A stretch of DNA of 64,000 bases from a virus. This document shows, piece by piece, positions 33,688 through 42,618 of the stretch (position 1 is the stretch's first letter; each line of letters begins with the position of its first letter). Under the pieces are notes generated by a model. It had not been told where the DNA came from. It saw only the letters and a program-made list of their open reading frames with translations, and made no database searches. The position numbers and the translations under genes were made by a program. The stretch lies in IMG/VR virus record IMGVR_UViG_3300040959_000809; one strand, given 5' to 3'.

Positions 33688-34217
33688 AATATTTTATTCT
33701 TGAACCTAAATGGAAAAAATCAGTCTACGAATTTGACCGCTACAAGAAAGTGGCCGATGATGGAACTGCCATGTATGCTACACGAGAAACTTGTTGGCGA
33801 TATGGAAAATGGATAGTTAGTGTTCCTGAAACAAACGAGGAATGTGACGAATATCTCGAACACCATGGTATGGATCTGGAAGATTTTGGCGAGACATATG
33901 AGGAACTCAAAGAATCATTGATGCCTTCCGAGGACGAGGAAACAGCATTTCACGAGATGGATGACTATGAACACGAGTTCATTGAAACATGGGATGGCTG
34001 TAGTGAAGATTGGTCAGTTCATGTCTGGGGCCCAGGCAAAGATACTATTGATGTTGTCACACTACAGGAAGAAATAGAGGAACGGTGGGATGAAGAATAT
34101 GTCGACGGGATGTATGATCTTGATTATACCGAGGACGGTTTTTGGGTTGAAATCCACTGTCCAATTGTTTTGACTCCTTGTTTGCAAAATGGTACTCCAC
34201 TTGAGGTAAATAACTAA
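33684..34217 (+). CDS. Very acidic hypothetical protein
   Basis: 177 aa, Asp/Glu-rich. Confidence 0.7.
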   Translation: MKYFILEPKWKKSVYEFDRYKKVADDGTAMYATRETCWRYGKWIVSVPETNEECDEYLEHHGMDLEDFGETYEELKESLMPSEDEETAFHEMDDYEHEFIETWDGCSEDWSVHVWGPGKDTIDVVTLQEEIEERWDEEYVDGMYDLDYTEDGFWVEIHCPIVLTPCLQNGTPLEVNN

Positions 34218-34231
34218 AAAAAGAGGGTTAC

Positions 34232-34528
34232 ATGTATAATTATTTAATCGAATATGCACCATTTAAAGCAATCAGCGAAACAGATGATAGACAGCAAGTA
34301 GTCTTGGATTGGCCAACGTTTCAGTTGGTCGTTACCGAAGATTTTGATGATGCTGCAAATACAGTTGTATATGATGTGGCAGTTTTAAAAGAGGATGAAA
34401 AGGTTTCAGAACATGGAATTGTTATTGAGGAAGATAATCTGCATCATGATAATGCTGAATTGATAGTTACAAATCTTTTAATTGAGAACCTGTGCAAATT
34501 GGCAGGAAGAACACCAACGCCTTTATAG
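34232..34528 (+). CDS. Acidic hypothetical protein
   Basis: 98-aa ORF, SD GAGGG. Confidence 0.6.
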   Translation: MYNYLIEYAPFKAISETDDRQQVVLDWPTFQLVVTEDFDDAANTVVYDVAVLKEDEKVSEHGIVIEEDNLHHDNAELIVTNLLIENLCKLAGRTPTPL

Positions 34529-34538
34529 GAGAAAGTTT

Positions 34539-34967
34539 ATGTCTTTTGATATAAGACATGCAAATATACTTGATGTAGATAAGGCTATACGACACTATGA
34601 AAAAAAGGATGGGGTTTCAATCACCTATGTGTGTACGACTGACCTGCGTCAGTCAGATCGCCCGGCTGATGTGTTCTATAGGGAAACACCGCACCCAGAA
34701 TTTGGCAATAGATACTTTGGTCTAATCCTAGGAGCAGAAGATAATATCTATATTACCAATGCTGATATAGTAGAGGATCATGATTTTGCCATGATTCAGG
34801 ATGATAATGGTACTTTTTGGTATAGTCAATGTCATCACGACTGTTTGTTTATTGATGGCAAAATGATTGACGGCGGACGTGAATACATTAGATTCTCTGG
34901 CAAAGCTCGGGATATTAAAATGTTTAAGATAAAAGATGGACAATTTAAACTTGAAAGTGAGGAATAA
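34539..34967 (+). CDS. Hypothetical protein
   Basis: Start at MSFDIRH after SD AGGAG; YSQCHHD...IDGGREY motif. Confidence 0.7.
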   Translation: MSFDIRHANILDVDKAIRHYEKKDGVSITYVCTTDLRQSDRPADVFYRETPHPEFGNRYFGLILGAEDNIYITNADIVEDHDFAMIQDDNGTFWYSQCHHDCLFIDGKMIDGGREYIRFSGKARDIKMFKIKDGQFKLESEE

Positions 34968-34970
34968 CTT

Positions 34971-35267
34971 ATGGATACAAATGGTGGCTTACCATCTATA
35001 ATTACAGAAAAAGATCGCAAGAACATTCAAAATGCTTTGCGTGAAATGTCTGATTCAATGACACGGATTGCGGCTGAAAAGGATCATCAGAAGGCTATTG
35101 CTGAAAAGATGCTTGACGAGGTCGGAGTTCCAAAGAAGGATTTCAATAAACTTGCGCGGATTTATCATGCGTCTAGTATAATGGAAGAAGCGGCAAGGAA
35201 CGAAGAGTTTATGGAATTTGCCGAAGCAGTAATGGCTCCACTAGAGCGTCAAATAGAAAGTAGTTAA
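34971..35267 (+). CDS. dsbA: Double-stranded DNA-binding protein, T4 DsbA-like
   Basis: GVPKKDFNKLARIYH parallels T4 DsbA GVDGKMFNRLLALYH; similar size. Confidence 0.7.
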   Translation: MDTNGGLPSIITEKDRKNIQNALREMSDSMTRIAAEKDHQKAIAEKMLDEVGVPKKDFNKLARIYHASSIMEEAARNEEFMEFAEAVMAPLERQIESS

Positions 35268-35287
35268 ATTCTAAGAAGGACTCGATT

Positions 35288-35551
35288 ATGGAAATGGGAA
35301 TGTTTAGCGCAGCAGGCAACTCAAAGGTGAGTGCAATTGTAACCCGCGTTCAAGGGCTTGAGCTGCAGGACGATGCTGCTTGGAAGTATGCATACCGTGA
35401 GTTGGATGTGCTCAGCAAGCTAGAAGGCACTAAAGAGGCCATTGACACAGAGGTCCGTGAGGCACTGTGGAAAGAGTTGCTCAAGCGAAACGTCATAGTA
35501 GAACCTGATGCAGTAGACTATTGGTTCTACATTGAAGAACTGGTTTTTTAA
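35288..35551 (+). CDS. Hypothetical protein
   Basis: GMFSAAGNSKV...EAIDTEVRE motif. Confidence 0.6.
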   Translation: MEMGMFSAAGNSKVSAIVTRVQGLELQDDAAWKYAYRELDVLSKLEGTKEAIDTEVREALWKELLKRNVIVEPDAVDYWFYIEELVF

Positions 35552-35567
35552 ATTAGGGGCAAACAAC

Positions 35568-35726
35568 ATGAGTGAACAAACAAACTATTGTACAACCAAA
35601 GGCTTAGGCTGGGCATTCTTGATTATCATTATTATGATGGTAGGTTTACCTATACTTGGGTCAGCTATTGCATATCCAGATAACTGTAAGCAATCTATTC
35701 TTATTCCTTGTATAGGTTTAGAATAA
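35568..35726 (+). CDS. Small membrane protein
   Basis: MSEQTNYCTTKGLGWAFLIIIIMMVGLP. Confidence 0.55.
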   Translation: MSEQTNYCTTKGLGWAFLIIIIMMVGLPILGSAIAYPDNCKQSILIPCIGLE

Positions 35727-35881
35727 TGCATATTGTTAGAAGAAAAGACGGTAAAGTAATTGCAATAGCATCACGTAAGGAAGATGCTATTGCAGTCGCA
35801 GATGGATCACGAATTGATAAAACTGAATACGTAATTCAAGAGTCAACCGCTCAGAAAGAAGTGGAAAAAACAAATGATTGA
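35726..35881 (+). CDS. 51-aa hypothetical protein
   Basis: Hand translation MHIVRRKDGKVIAIASRKEDAIAVADG...; TAATG overlap. Confidence 0.5.
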   Translation: MHIVRRKDGKVIAIASRKEDAIAVADGSRIDKTEYVIQESTAQKEVEKTND

Positions 35882-36026
35882 ATATTACGATATAGTAGTA
35901 GCAATAGTTTTTGCTTGGGTCCTACTTAATGCCTTGTTTGTTCCGTACATAGGTTTTGTATTTGCATATATGCTATATGAATATGGCTGGGGCTATTATT
36001 GTAACTATAGGAAAAATAACTCATAA
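35874..36026 (+). CDS. 50-aa membrane micro-protein
   Basis: Hand translation MIEYYDIVVAIVFAWVLLNALFVPYIGFVFAYMLYEYGWGYYCNYRKNNS*. Confidence 0.5.
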   Translation: MIEYYDIVVAIVFAWVLLNALFVPYIGFVFAYMLYEYGWGYYCNYRKNNS

Positions 36027-36051
36027 AAAAAGGGAAGCCCGAAGGCTTCCC
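36025..36051 (-). terminator. Intrinsic terminator after the major capsid gene, at the convergence of the two transcription arms
   Basis: Minus strand GGGAAGCC-TTCG-GGCTTCCC then T7 (cUUCGg tetraloop). Confidence 0.9.
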
Positions 36052-36070
36052 AATACTCTTTAATAAAGTG

Positions 36071-36088
36071 GGGCAGTTTTATCTGCCC
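36071..36088. terminator. Second small hairpin downstream of gp23
   Basis: GGGCAG-ttttat-CTGCCC. Confidence 0.4.
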
Positions 36089-36108
36089 TTCTTATTATTG
36101 TAGACTAA

Positions 36109-37440
36109 TTAAAACAGGTTAGCTACACGTACGCGACGGTAGTACTTGTTAGCATTAGCTGTAAGAGCACCAAGACCTTGTGCATCTTGAACTGCGCCTT
36201 CCGCGAATGGGTTTGCAACCATGCCGTAGCGAGTCTTGAACCCGATTTTTGGCTGGAAGCTGTTCTCACCGATGGCACGAACCATTTGCAACGGTACGTA
36301 TGGGCAATAGAACAAGCCAGCATCAAAGGCAGAAGAACCTTTGTAACCAACAACCATGTAGTTTGAACCAGCATATGGATCAATGTATACACGATAGCGG
36401 CCGTTAAGTACACCAGCAAATGTGTTGCCTGTGTCATCAACTTCCAAAGAGTTTCCGTTAAGTGCAGGAGTATAATCCAACACACCAGCCATTTGAAGAG
36501 CAGAAGCTACATCTGAAGAACAGATAACCATGTTACCTTTTCCACGTCTTGTGTCTTTTGCGATTTGGTTAGCTTCTTGTTCAATTTGGAACATAAGTCC
36601 TTTGAACTTCTCAACAGACCAACGGCCGTTTGCATCAACATCCAAATCAAAGATGCCTGCATTAGCAGTTGCAGTAGCACCAGCAGAAGCAGTGTTGTAG
36701 ATTGTACGAACAACTTCCCGGTTGATTTCTGTCAAGATTTCTGATTGCAGAATGTTAGCCAATTCTGATTCAGCATCCAAGCCGTGAACAGCTTTAAGAT
36801 CCTGAGCCAATTCAGTGGTGTATTCCGCTTTCAGTGCACGTGACTTAGCAGCAACGGTTACTTTTTCAATCGAGAAAGCCATTTCTGCATAGTTAGTACC
36901 AGCACCGTCGCCTAAGGCTTCAGCCGCAGCAGTTGCCATACCTGTACCTGTATCAAACAGTGAAGTATTACCTGTACCTGCGCCACCAGTTGAACCAACC
37001 TGTGCACCTGTACCTGCGTGAATTGTATCTGCCTCACCATAGAATGCTTCATTACCTGCCTGTGTATCATAGCGTGAACGCATTGCAAAGATAAGACCTG
37101 TTGGGCCAGTCATAGGCTGAACACCACAGATATCATATGCAATTAGGTTCGGCATAGAACGGCGAACAAGTGAAATCAACACTGGATCATAACCAGCAGT
37201 TGGTCCACCTGGCGTAGAGCCTGAGCCAAATCCGCCTGTACCAGCATCATTGGTTGGTGCTTCTGTCAGCATGCTCATATTAGCAGACAGATCACCTGAT
37301 TCATGGAGAGCTCGTTCTGTGTTCTCCAAAATCGTCGCAGTCACGGATTTACGATGACTGTCCTGAATAGGTGAAAAAGATTCGTGCTCAAGGATTGGCC
37401 CCCACTTTTCCACAAGCTTTTGATAGTTTGTCTCTGACAT
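36109..37440 (-). CDS. gp23: Major capsid protein
   Basis: LVRRSMPNLIAYDICGVQPMTGPTGLIFAMRSRY, SRALKAEYTTELAQDLKAVHGLDAE, YCPYVPLQM, FKTRYG. Confidence 0.99.
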   Translation of the reverse strand: MSETNYQKLVEKWGPILEHESFSPIQDSHRKSVTATILENTERALHESGDLSANMSMLTEAPTNDAGTGGFGSGSTPGGPTAGYDPVLISLVRRSMPNLIAYDICGVQPMTGPTGLIFAMRSRYDTQAGNEAFYGEADTIHAGTGAQVGSTGGAGTGNTSLFDTGTGMATAAAEALGDGAGTNYAEMAFSIEKVTVAAKSRALKAEYTTELAQDLKAVHGLDAESELANILQSEILTEINREVVRTIYNTASAGATATANAGIFDLDVDANGRWSVEKFKGLMFQIEQEANQIAKDTRRGKGNMVICSSDVASALQMAGVLDYTPALNGNSLEVDDTGNTFAGVLNGRYRVYIDPYAGSNYMVVGYKGSSAFDAGLFYCPYVPLQMVRAIGENSFQPKIGFKTRYGMVANPFAEGAVQDAQGLGALTANANKYYRRVRVANLF

Positions 37441-37478
37441 ATTTCTATCTCCTTGTTAAGTTATTTGATTACTGTTAA

Positions 37479-37486
37479 TATTTATA
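37479..37486 (-). promoter_or_regulatory. Late promoter for gp23
   Basis: TATTTATA on + strand = TATAAATA on - strand. Confidence 0.85.
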
Positions 37487-37498
37487 AAAATTAAATTT

Positions 37499-38464
37499 TC
37501 ATTTTCTTGCGTTGAGCGCCTCAACAAGAGCGTTGACAGAAGCATAGTCAGAAACTGTCTTCCCCACCGTTACTTGTTCTTCTGTGATAATCTCATCTTC
37601 CTCATCAAGAACATTTTCTTTTTTTGTAGCAGAAGTTGCTTCCGACACAAAGGTTTCTCTGAGAGTGTTAAGATTAGTTGTGTACGCTTCAATGTCCGAA
37701 GTGTCTAGTGTCTCAGCAAGAGTACGTAGTCTCTCTTTTTGAGTAATATTCAATTCAGCTGAAGTTTCTTCAAAAATCCTTTCACATTTAAGAGAAGTAA
37801 TCTCCTTAGTGAGCTCAATATTTTCATTCACGACGTCATTGGCTCTATCGTTAGATTCTGCCAATTCTTCTTCCAAATCTTTGACGATATCAAACTTCTC
37901 GTCGTCGATTTCAATGTTATGCTCAGTAAACAGATCTTTCAATCCATCCATAAGCGATTCTGCCATCTCTACCTTAATACCAGCTTCGATTGCAACTTCG
38001 TTCTCTGTCATCCATTCATTAACTACATAGTCAAGATAGGAATCAAGATTATCAACGATTTCTGTAATTTTTTCGTCAACAGCTTCAGACAATTCGGTTT
38101 CAAGCTTTTCATTAAGCTCTTCCTCGATTGTTGCAACACGAGCCGTAACAGACTCATTAACTGCCGCTTCAAAGACCACAGAGATCTTAGATTTAAATTC
38201 TTCTGAAAGATCCATGCCTTCGATGATTTGTTGAATTGATTCCTCAACAACAATCACTTCTTCTTCCACAACTTCAGTTGCTTCCATTTCGGCATCTTCC
38301 TTCACTGCACCAGCCTTATCGCCTGCTGCTGGGGTCACTTTATCCATTTTTTCTTCTGGATGACCCTTTTTCTTTTTGTCTTCGCCACCGGCTGGGGTTA
38401 CAGGCTCTGGTACGCTTGAAACACCATCGTCGGCAACGAATCGTTTTCCTTTTTCTTCTGCCAT
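37499..38464 (-). CDS. gp22: Prohead core scaffolding protein
   Basis: LSEEFK.K...VFEAAV, YLDYVVNEWM.ENEVAIE.GIK; syntenic. Confidence 0.93.
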   Translation of the reverse strand: MAEEKGKRFVADDGVSSVPEPVTPAGGEDKKKKGHPEEKMDKVTPAAGDKAGAVKEDAEMEATEVVEEEVIVVEESIQQIIEGMDLSEEFKSKISVVFEAAVNESVTARVATIEEELNEKLETELSEAVDEKITEIVDNLDSYLDYVVNEWMTENEVAIEAGIKVEMAESLMDGLKDLFTEHNIEIDDEKFDIVKDLEEELAESNDRANDVVNENIELTKEITSLKCERIFEETSAELNITQKERLRTLAETLDTSDIEAYTTNLNTLRETFVSEATSATKKENVLDEEDEIITEEQVTVGKTVSDYASVNALVEALNARK

Positions 38465-38508
38465 CGGTATTCTCCTCTGTTCGAATATGAATTATTTATT
38501 ACTAAAAA

Positions 38509-38516
38509 TATTTATA
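38509..38516 (-). promoter_or_regulatory. Late promoter for gp22
   Basis: TATAAATA on - strand. Confidence 0.8.
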
Positions 38517-38520
38517 AAAA

Positions 38521-39219
38521 TCACTTTTTTAACGAAGAAACGAATGTCTCAAACATACGCGCTGCCGTGTTTTCGTCGATCTTCCTTGTGATTATGTTGT
38601 ATTGTTTCTTAATTTCCTTCTCAATGCTTTCAACCACTTCCTTTACTTCTTCCTGTTGCTGTGTAGGCAACCAGTTATTTGAAGCAATATCATAGTAGTA
38701 TTCCACGTTTTCCATAATACCATTTACAAAGGCACTAGGTGCCGAAGGATCAGTAACAATATCGACAGTTGCAAGATGAAAATCGTCTTGAACCTGCATG
38801 ATTCCGTCCTTAGTAGCTTTGACGGAACCTAACCCTCTGGTAGATACACCGATCATAACTCCTTCATCAATGAAGGTTTTTACAATCTCTCCCATAGGGG
38901 TACCTAGAATCTTGGCCTTACCATAAAAGTTAGACCCGTCTCTACGCATTTCTGTAATAAGGTGTGATACTCTATCACCATTAATTGCTGGTCCATCTGG
39001 ATGTCCTAGCTCACCAATAGCTCTTTTCTTAGTAATGAAATCAGTATTATATCTTTGCATTTCTTTTTCAAGAATTTGGCTAGGATAAATTCTACCATTT
39101 CTATTTTTGATGTCACCTTGCATAAAGATGCCCTCAATAAAATAAGACTTCTTACCAGTCTCTTCATTGAGCTCGGACCCAACCTCGCAACTTTCGGTAA
39201 CTTCAGTAATAAGTTTCAT
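38521..39219 (-). CDS. gp21: Prohead protease
   Basis: IEGIFMQ...KNRNGR.YP, GELGHP, GVSTRGLGS, DIVTDPSAP. Confidence 0.97.
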   Translation of the reverse strand: MKLITEVTESCEVGSELNEETGKKSYFIEGIFMQGDIKNRNGRIYPSQILEKEMQRYNTDFITKKRAIGELGHPDGPAINGDRVSHLITEMRRDGSNFYGKAKILGTPMGEIVKTFIDEGVMIGVSTRGLGSVKATKDGIMQVQDDFHLATVDIVTDPSAPSAFVNGIMENVEYYYDIASNNWLPTQQQEEVKEVVESIEKEIKKQYNIITRKIDENTAARMFETFVSSLKK

Positions 39220-39247
39220 TTTTACACACCTTTTAATATTTTTATTT

Positions 39248-39255
39248 TATTTATA
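39248..39255 (-). promoter_or_regulatory. Late promoter for gp21
   Basis: TATAAATA on - strand. Confidence 0.75.
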
Positions 39256-39258
39256 ACT

Positions 39259-40434
39259 TTACTCAGCTTCCTTTGCAAATGCCATAATATCTTTAAAACC
39301 CTGTGTATCCTTCATCATATTAGCTTCCATCTCTTTACGATTTTTAGGATTTAGTGATTTCATTACATCATTTAACATTTTGGCATCTTGCGGGGAAACT
39401 TTGACTGATTTACCATCTTTAAGCCTCATGGTACCAGCTTTAACACCTTCCACCATTTCTACTTGACTTTCTTCTTTTAATGAAGCAGGTCGTTTGCCTG
39501 AAAGAAAGTGATGTAAAGCTTTTTCGTGTGACGCAGCTGTAGATGATTTATTGGCACCAACCGTCCGAGTAGAAACCATAGCTTCTTTTGAACCTTTGTC
39601 AGTATCACGTTGGTATACGTGATGGTTTGATGTTGCGCCGGTTTTATTATTTTTAACATGAACATGGACTGTATCGCCATATTCGCCTGGTTCATCATGG
39701 TGAGGTACACCAGCCTTTTTCATTTTATTGACTTTTGCAACTACATGATTTGGAGCACCTTCAGACCCACCCTTTTTCTTGGGACCTACAGTGAATGTAT
39801 AATGTGCATGATCGACGGTACCTTCTTCAAGTGATTCATAATATGAAGAATACATTGGATAGCCAGCTGCAAGGTTGGCAATATCATCATCGTCGTGATC
39901 ATCATGTGGCTCATATCTCTTTCCTTCAGCATATGCATGAAGTGTTTTTAATTCTGCATGAGCCGAAGCCAATTTATTTTGAAACCACTCTTCAGGATCC
40001 ATTGCTGTATCAGTCAAATAATCCTCAATTTCACGAGCAGCATATTCAATAAATCTTAACTGCCCCACCATCATGGGAATTTCTTCCGACGGATCCTCAA
40101 TTAATGGGGCTTCTTCTAAAAAACTTTTGAATGATCTCTTTTCTGGAACTGAAGTCTCTTCTTCGTCTAATTCTACTTCTTCATTCGTTTCCACTTCTTC
40201 CATCTTAGGAGAGGTTTCATTCTTTTTGGAATACGCCTGATCATATGCAGTCGTGTCCTGACCTTTCATATAATCACCAAGTCTTTTCTTTGGCATAGAC
40301 TTAGGCTTGTAGCCTTCTTGATCACCCAAACCTAGCGGATCAATAATCTCTACTTGGTGTTGGTCTTTAAATTTCTTTTCCTCAGCCGGTTTAGGCTCTG
40401 CCACCTCGGAAAGAATGTTTTTAAACCTTTTCAT
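39259..40434 (-). CDS. Prohead core / internal head protein occupying the gp67-gp68 slot
   Basis: Position between gp20 and gp21; N-terminal MKRFKNILSE; modular with Glu-rich linkers. Confidence 0.6.
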   Translation of the reverse strand: MKRFKNILSEVAEPKPAEEKKFKDQHQVEIIDPLGLGDQEGYKPKSMPKKRLGDYMKGQDTTAYDQAYSKKNETSPKMEEVETNEEVELDEEETSVPEKRSFKSFLEEAPLIEDPSEEIPMMVGQLRFIEYAAREIEDYLTDTAMDPEEWFQNKLASAHAELKTLHAYAEGKRYEPHDDHDDDDIANLAAGYPMYSSYYESLEEGTVDHAHYTFTVGPKKKGGSEGAPNHVVAKVNKMKKAGVPHHDEPGEYGDTVHVHVKNNKTGATSNHHVYQRDTDKGSKEAMVSTRTVGANKSSTAASHEKALHHFLSGKRPASLKEESQVEMVEGVKAGTMRLKDGKSVKVSPQDAKMLNDVMKSLNPKNRKEMEANMMKDTQGFKDIMAFAKEAE

Positions 40435-40473
40435 TTTTCGATTCCTATAAGCTGTTTATTTTTATTTTATTTA

Positions 40474-42027
40474 TTAAAGTTCGGGCTCTTGATCATTATT
40501 ATTGTCGGCATCAAGATCTGCATCAGGATCGGGTTCTGATTCCTTTTCTTGTGCCATTCTTTCCTGTTCTTCCTTCCAATCATCATCGTTTAATTGAAGA
40601 ACATTTTTAACGACCCATTCTCTTGAATAATATGTACCAACATGATCTTCAACTTCTCTCAATGTTGACATACGTTCTCTAAGTATTTCAGCATCTTTGA
40701 GTTCATCAAAATAATTTTCTTGAATAAAATCATAACGAATTGAATTTTGTATTTCAGAAAAGTCTTCAGGGCTCATAATACCCTTAAGAATAAGTTGTTT
40801 TTCAAGAATAATACTAAAGAGGTAGGAAAATCTACTACGGATACGACGGATAAATTTCCCAAATTTTACCTCATCACGGCTGATTTCAGAAACACGACCA
40901 AATGAATACATTGTTTCTGGTTCAAGTCTTGATAAAGGAACCTTTAATGATTTGTATAACTTACGCTGAAAGTACTGTAAATTGGTATCGTCTGTTAGCC
41001 CTGCGGCGTTACCACCAGCCATAACATCTACCTCTGTTGAGCGTTCGCCACCTCTCCGTGGGAACCAAAAGTCTTCTGTCATAGTCATCATCTTACGAGA
41101 GTCTGAAATCTCACCAGTTGATGAATTGTATTGTAACTTATTCTTATGACGAATCATCATATCTCTTAGATATTGTTCAGCTTTCGATTTAGGTAGGTTG
41201 CCAACATCAATATAGAAGATTCTTCTTTCAGGAGCTCTTGTAAGAGTATAAATGACTGTAGCATCCTCAAGCATCCTTAATTGGTTCAGAGGTTTAATAG
41301 CTGGGTGCAAATGTCCTAGAACCATTGAATTGTTTTCATTCATAATTCCAGAGGTCACACGAGCAATAGAATCTTTTGATATTCTATAACCTTGTGTATT
41401 ACCACCTGTCGCACCAGCAGAAGCATTAGTAAACCCACTATCAGAATAAAGATAATATTCATTCTTTAGTTTTTTAGTTGGAATACCCGAATGTGGATCC
41501 TTTTTACGCTTATCAATCTGTTTTACCAGCTTAATTTTACGAGGATCAATATATCGTAGTTCAATAATACCTCGTTTTAAATCATCATCATCAATAATAA
41601 TATGATAATTAAGCCGACCATCCACATAGAACTTATTGAAAATATCGTAGGCATTATTACTAAAATCAAATAACGACAGAACATTTTTAAATTCTTCTGT
41701 TACCTTTTCTTTTACCTTGTCAGGTAGATCCGTTTCTTCCAAAACAATTTCAACGACGTCATTATGAACATCAATAGAAATTGCCTCGTTTACAACCTCA
41801 TCAATCGCCTGCGCAATTTCTGGTTGGTGTGACATACCGCGGTATTTAGTGACAAGTTCGGACTCACTTTTAGCAGCACCCTCCATATCAAGAAGAGTGC
41901 CATAAAAGCCACCCAAAGCGTTGCCAACGGTAATGGCACCATCATCATTTAATGGTTCAGCGAAAGACACCGGGGCATTGTCTGCCTCGTCCTCTGGTCG
42001 CTTAATCTCAAAGCCAAATAATCGCAT
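40474..42027 (-). CDS. gp20: Portal protein
   Basis: LFGFEI, FYVDGRL, RAPERRIFYIDVGNLPK.KAEQY, EDFWFPRRGG. Confidence 0.98.
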   Translation of the reverse strand: MRLFGFEIKRPEDEADNAPVSFAEPLNDDGAITVGNALGGFYGTLLDMEGAAKSESELVTKYRGMSHQPEIAQAIDEVVNEAISIDVHNDVVEIVLEETDLPDKVKEKVTEEFKNVLSLFDFSNNAYDIFNKFYVDGRLNYHIIIDDDDLKRGIIELRYIDPRKIKLVKQIDKRKKDPHSGIPTKKLKNEYYLYSDSGFTNASAGATGGNTQGYRISKDSIARVTSGIMNENNSMVLGHLHPAIKPLNQLRMLEDATVIYTLTRAPERRIFYIDVGNLPKSKAEQYLRDMMIRHKNKLQYNSSTGEISDSRKMMTMTEDFWFPRRGGERSTEVDVMAGGNAAGLTDDTNLQYFQRKLYKSLKVPLSRLEPETMYSFGRVSEISRDEVKFGKFIRRIRSRFSYLFSIILEKQLILKGIMSPEDFSEIQNSIRYDFIQENYFDELKDAEILRERMSTLREVEDHVGTYYSREWVVKNVLQLNDDDWKEEQERMAQEKESEPDPDADLDADNNNDQEPEL

Positions 42028-42059
42028 ATCGTTCCTTTAATAATATAATAAATTTAAGT

Positions 42060-42593
42060 TTATGTGGTAGGAATACCGGTAACACCCTCTACTCTCCATA
42101 GATCGTATTGGAAGGTTACTGTAAACTCTTCGATTGTATCCGTTGCACTCCAATCCATTGGAATACCTTCAACAGATACAGGGAACATTCCTTCAAATAT
42201 GTATGAACGTAATGCGCCGCCATCCTTACCGAATTGTGTAATGATGCCGTTCGATTTATAATCTTGTGGAAGTGCTCTGGTATTTGAATCATGCGAGTTA
42301 ATCGCATTGGTCCAAGCTTCCATTGCATTTCTGATTGCAAAATCTTCATCGTTAATAACGGTTACCGTCCAATCTTCAAATACCCTATCGCCTGCATATT
42401 TAACATTCCTACCGAAATATGGGACAGTGTAGGCACCCAAGCTAGAGCTTGGGATACCAGCAGCACGTACCATAAAGGGAACCTTAAAGTCAGCCTCAGG
42501 AGCAACAGGATTCAAAATTTGACATTGAAAGAGCGTTGGACGAGCACCACCACCTACTAGTTGTGATTTAAACTCGTTTATGTTAAAACTCAT
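42060..42593 (-). CDS. gp19: Tail tube protein
   Basis: GGGARPTLF, YFGRNVKYAGDRVFEDWTVTVIND, IEEFTVTFQYD. Confidence 0.97.
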   Translation of the reverse strand: MSFNINEFKSQLVGGGARPTLFQCQILNPVAPEADFKVPFMVRAAGIPSSSLGAYTVPYFGRNVKYAGDRVFEDWTVTVINDEDFAIRNAMEAWTNAINSHDSNTRALPQDYKSNGIITQFGKDGGALRSYIFEGMFPVSVEGIPMDWSATDTIEEFTVTFQYDLWRVEGVTGIPTT

Positions 42594-42618
42594 ATCTTAT
42601 CTCCTTGGTTTCTTTTAT

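Noticed and set aside
36052-36108. Missing gp24 vertex gene after gp23 as a novelty
   Set aside because: Absence of gp24 next to gp23 is usual in marine T4-like phages, and the gene could lie outside the window
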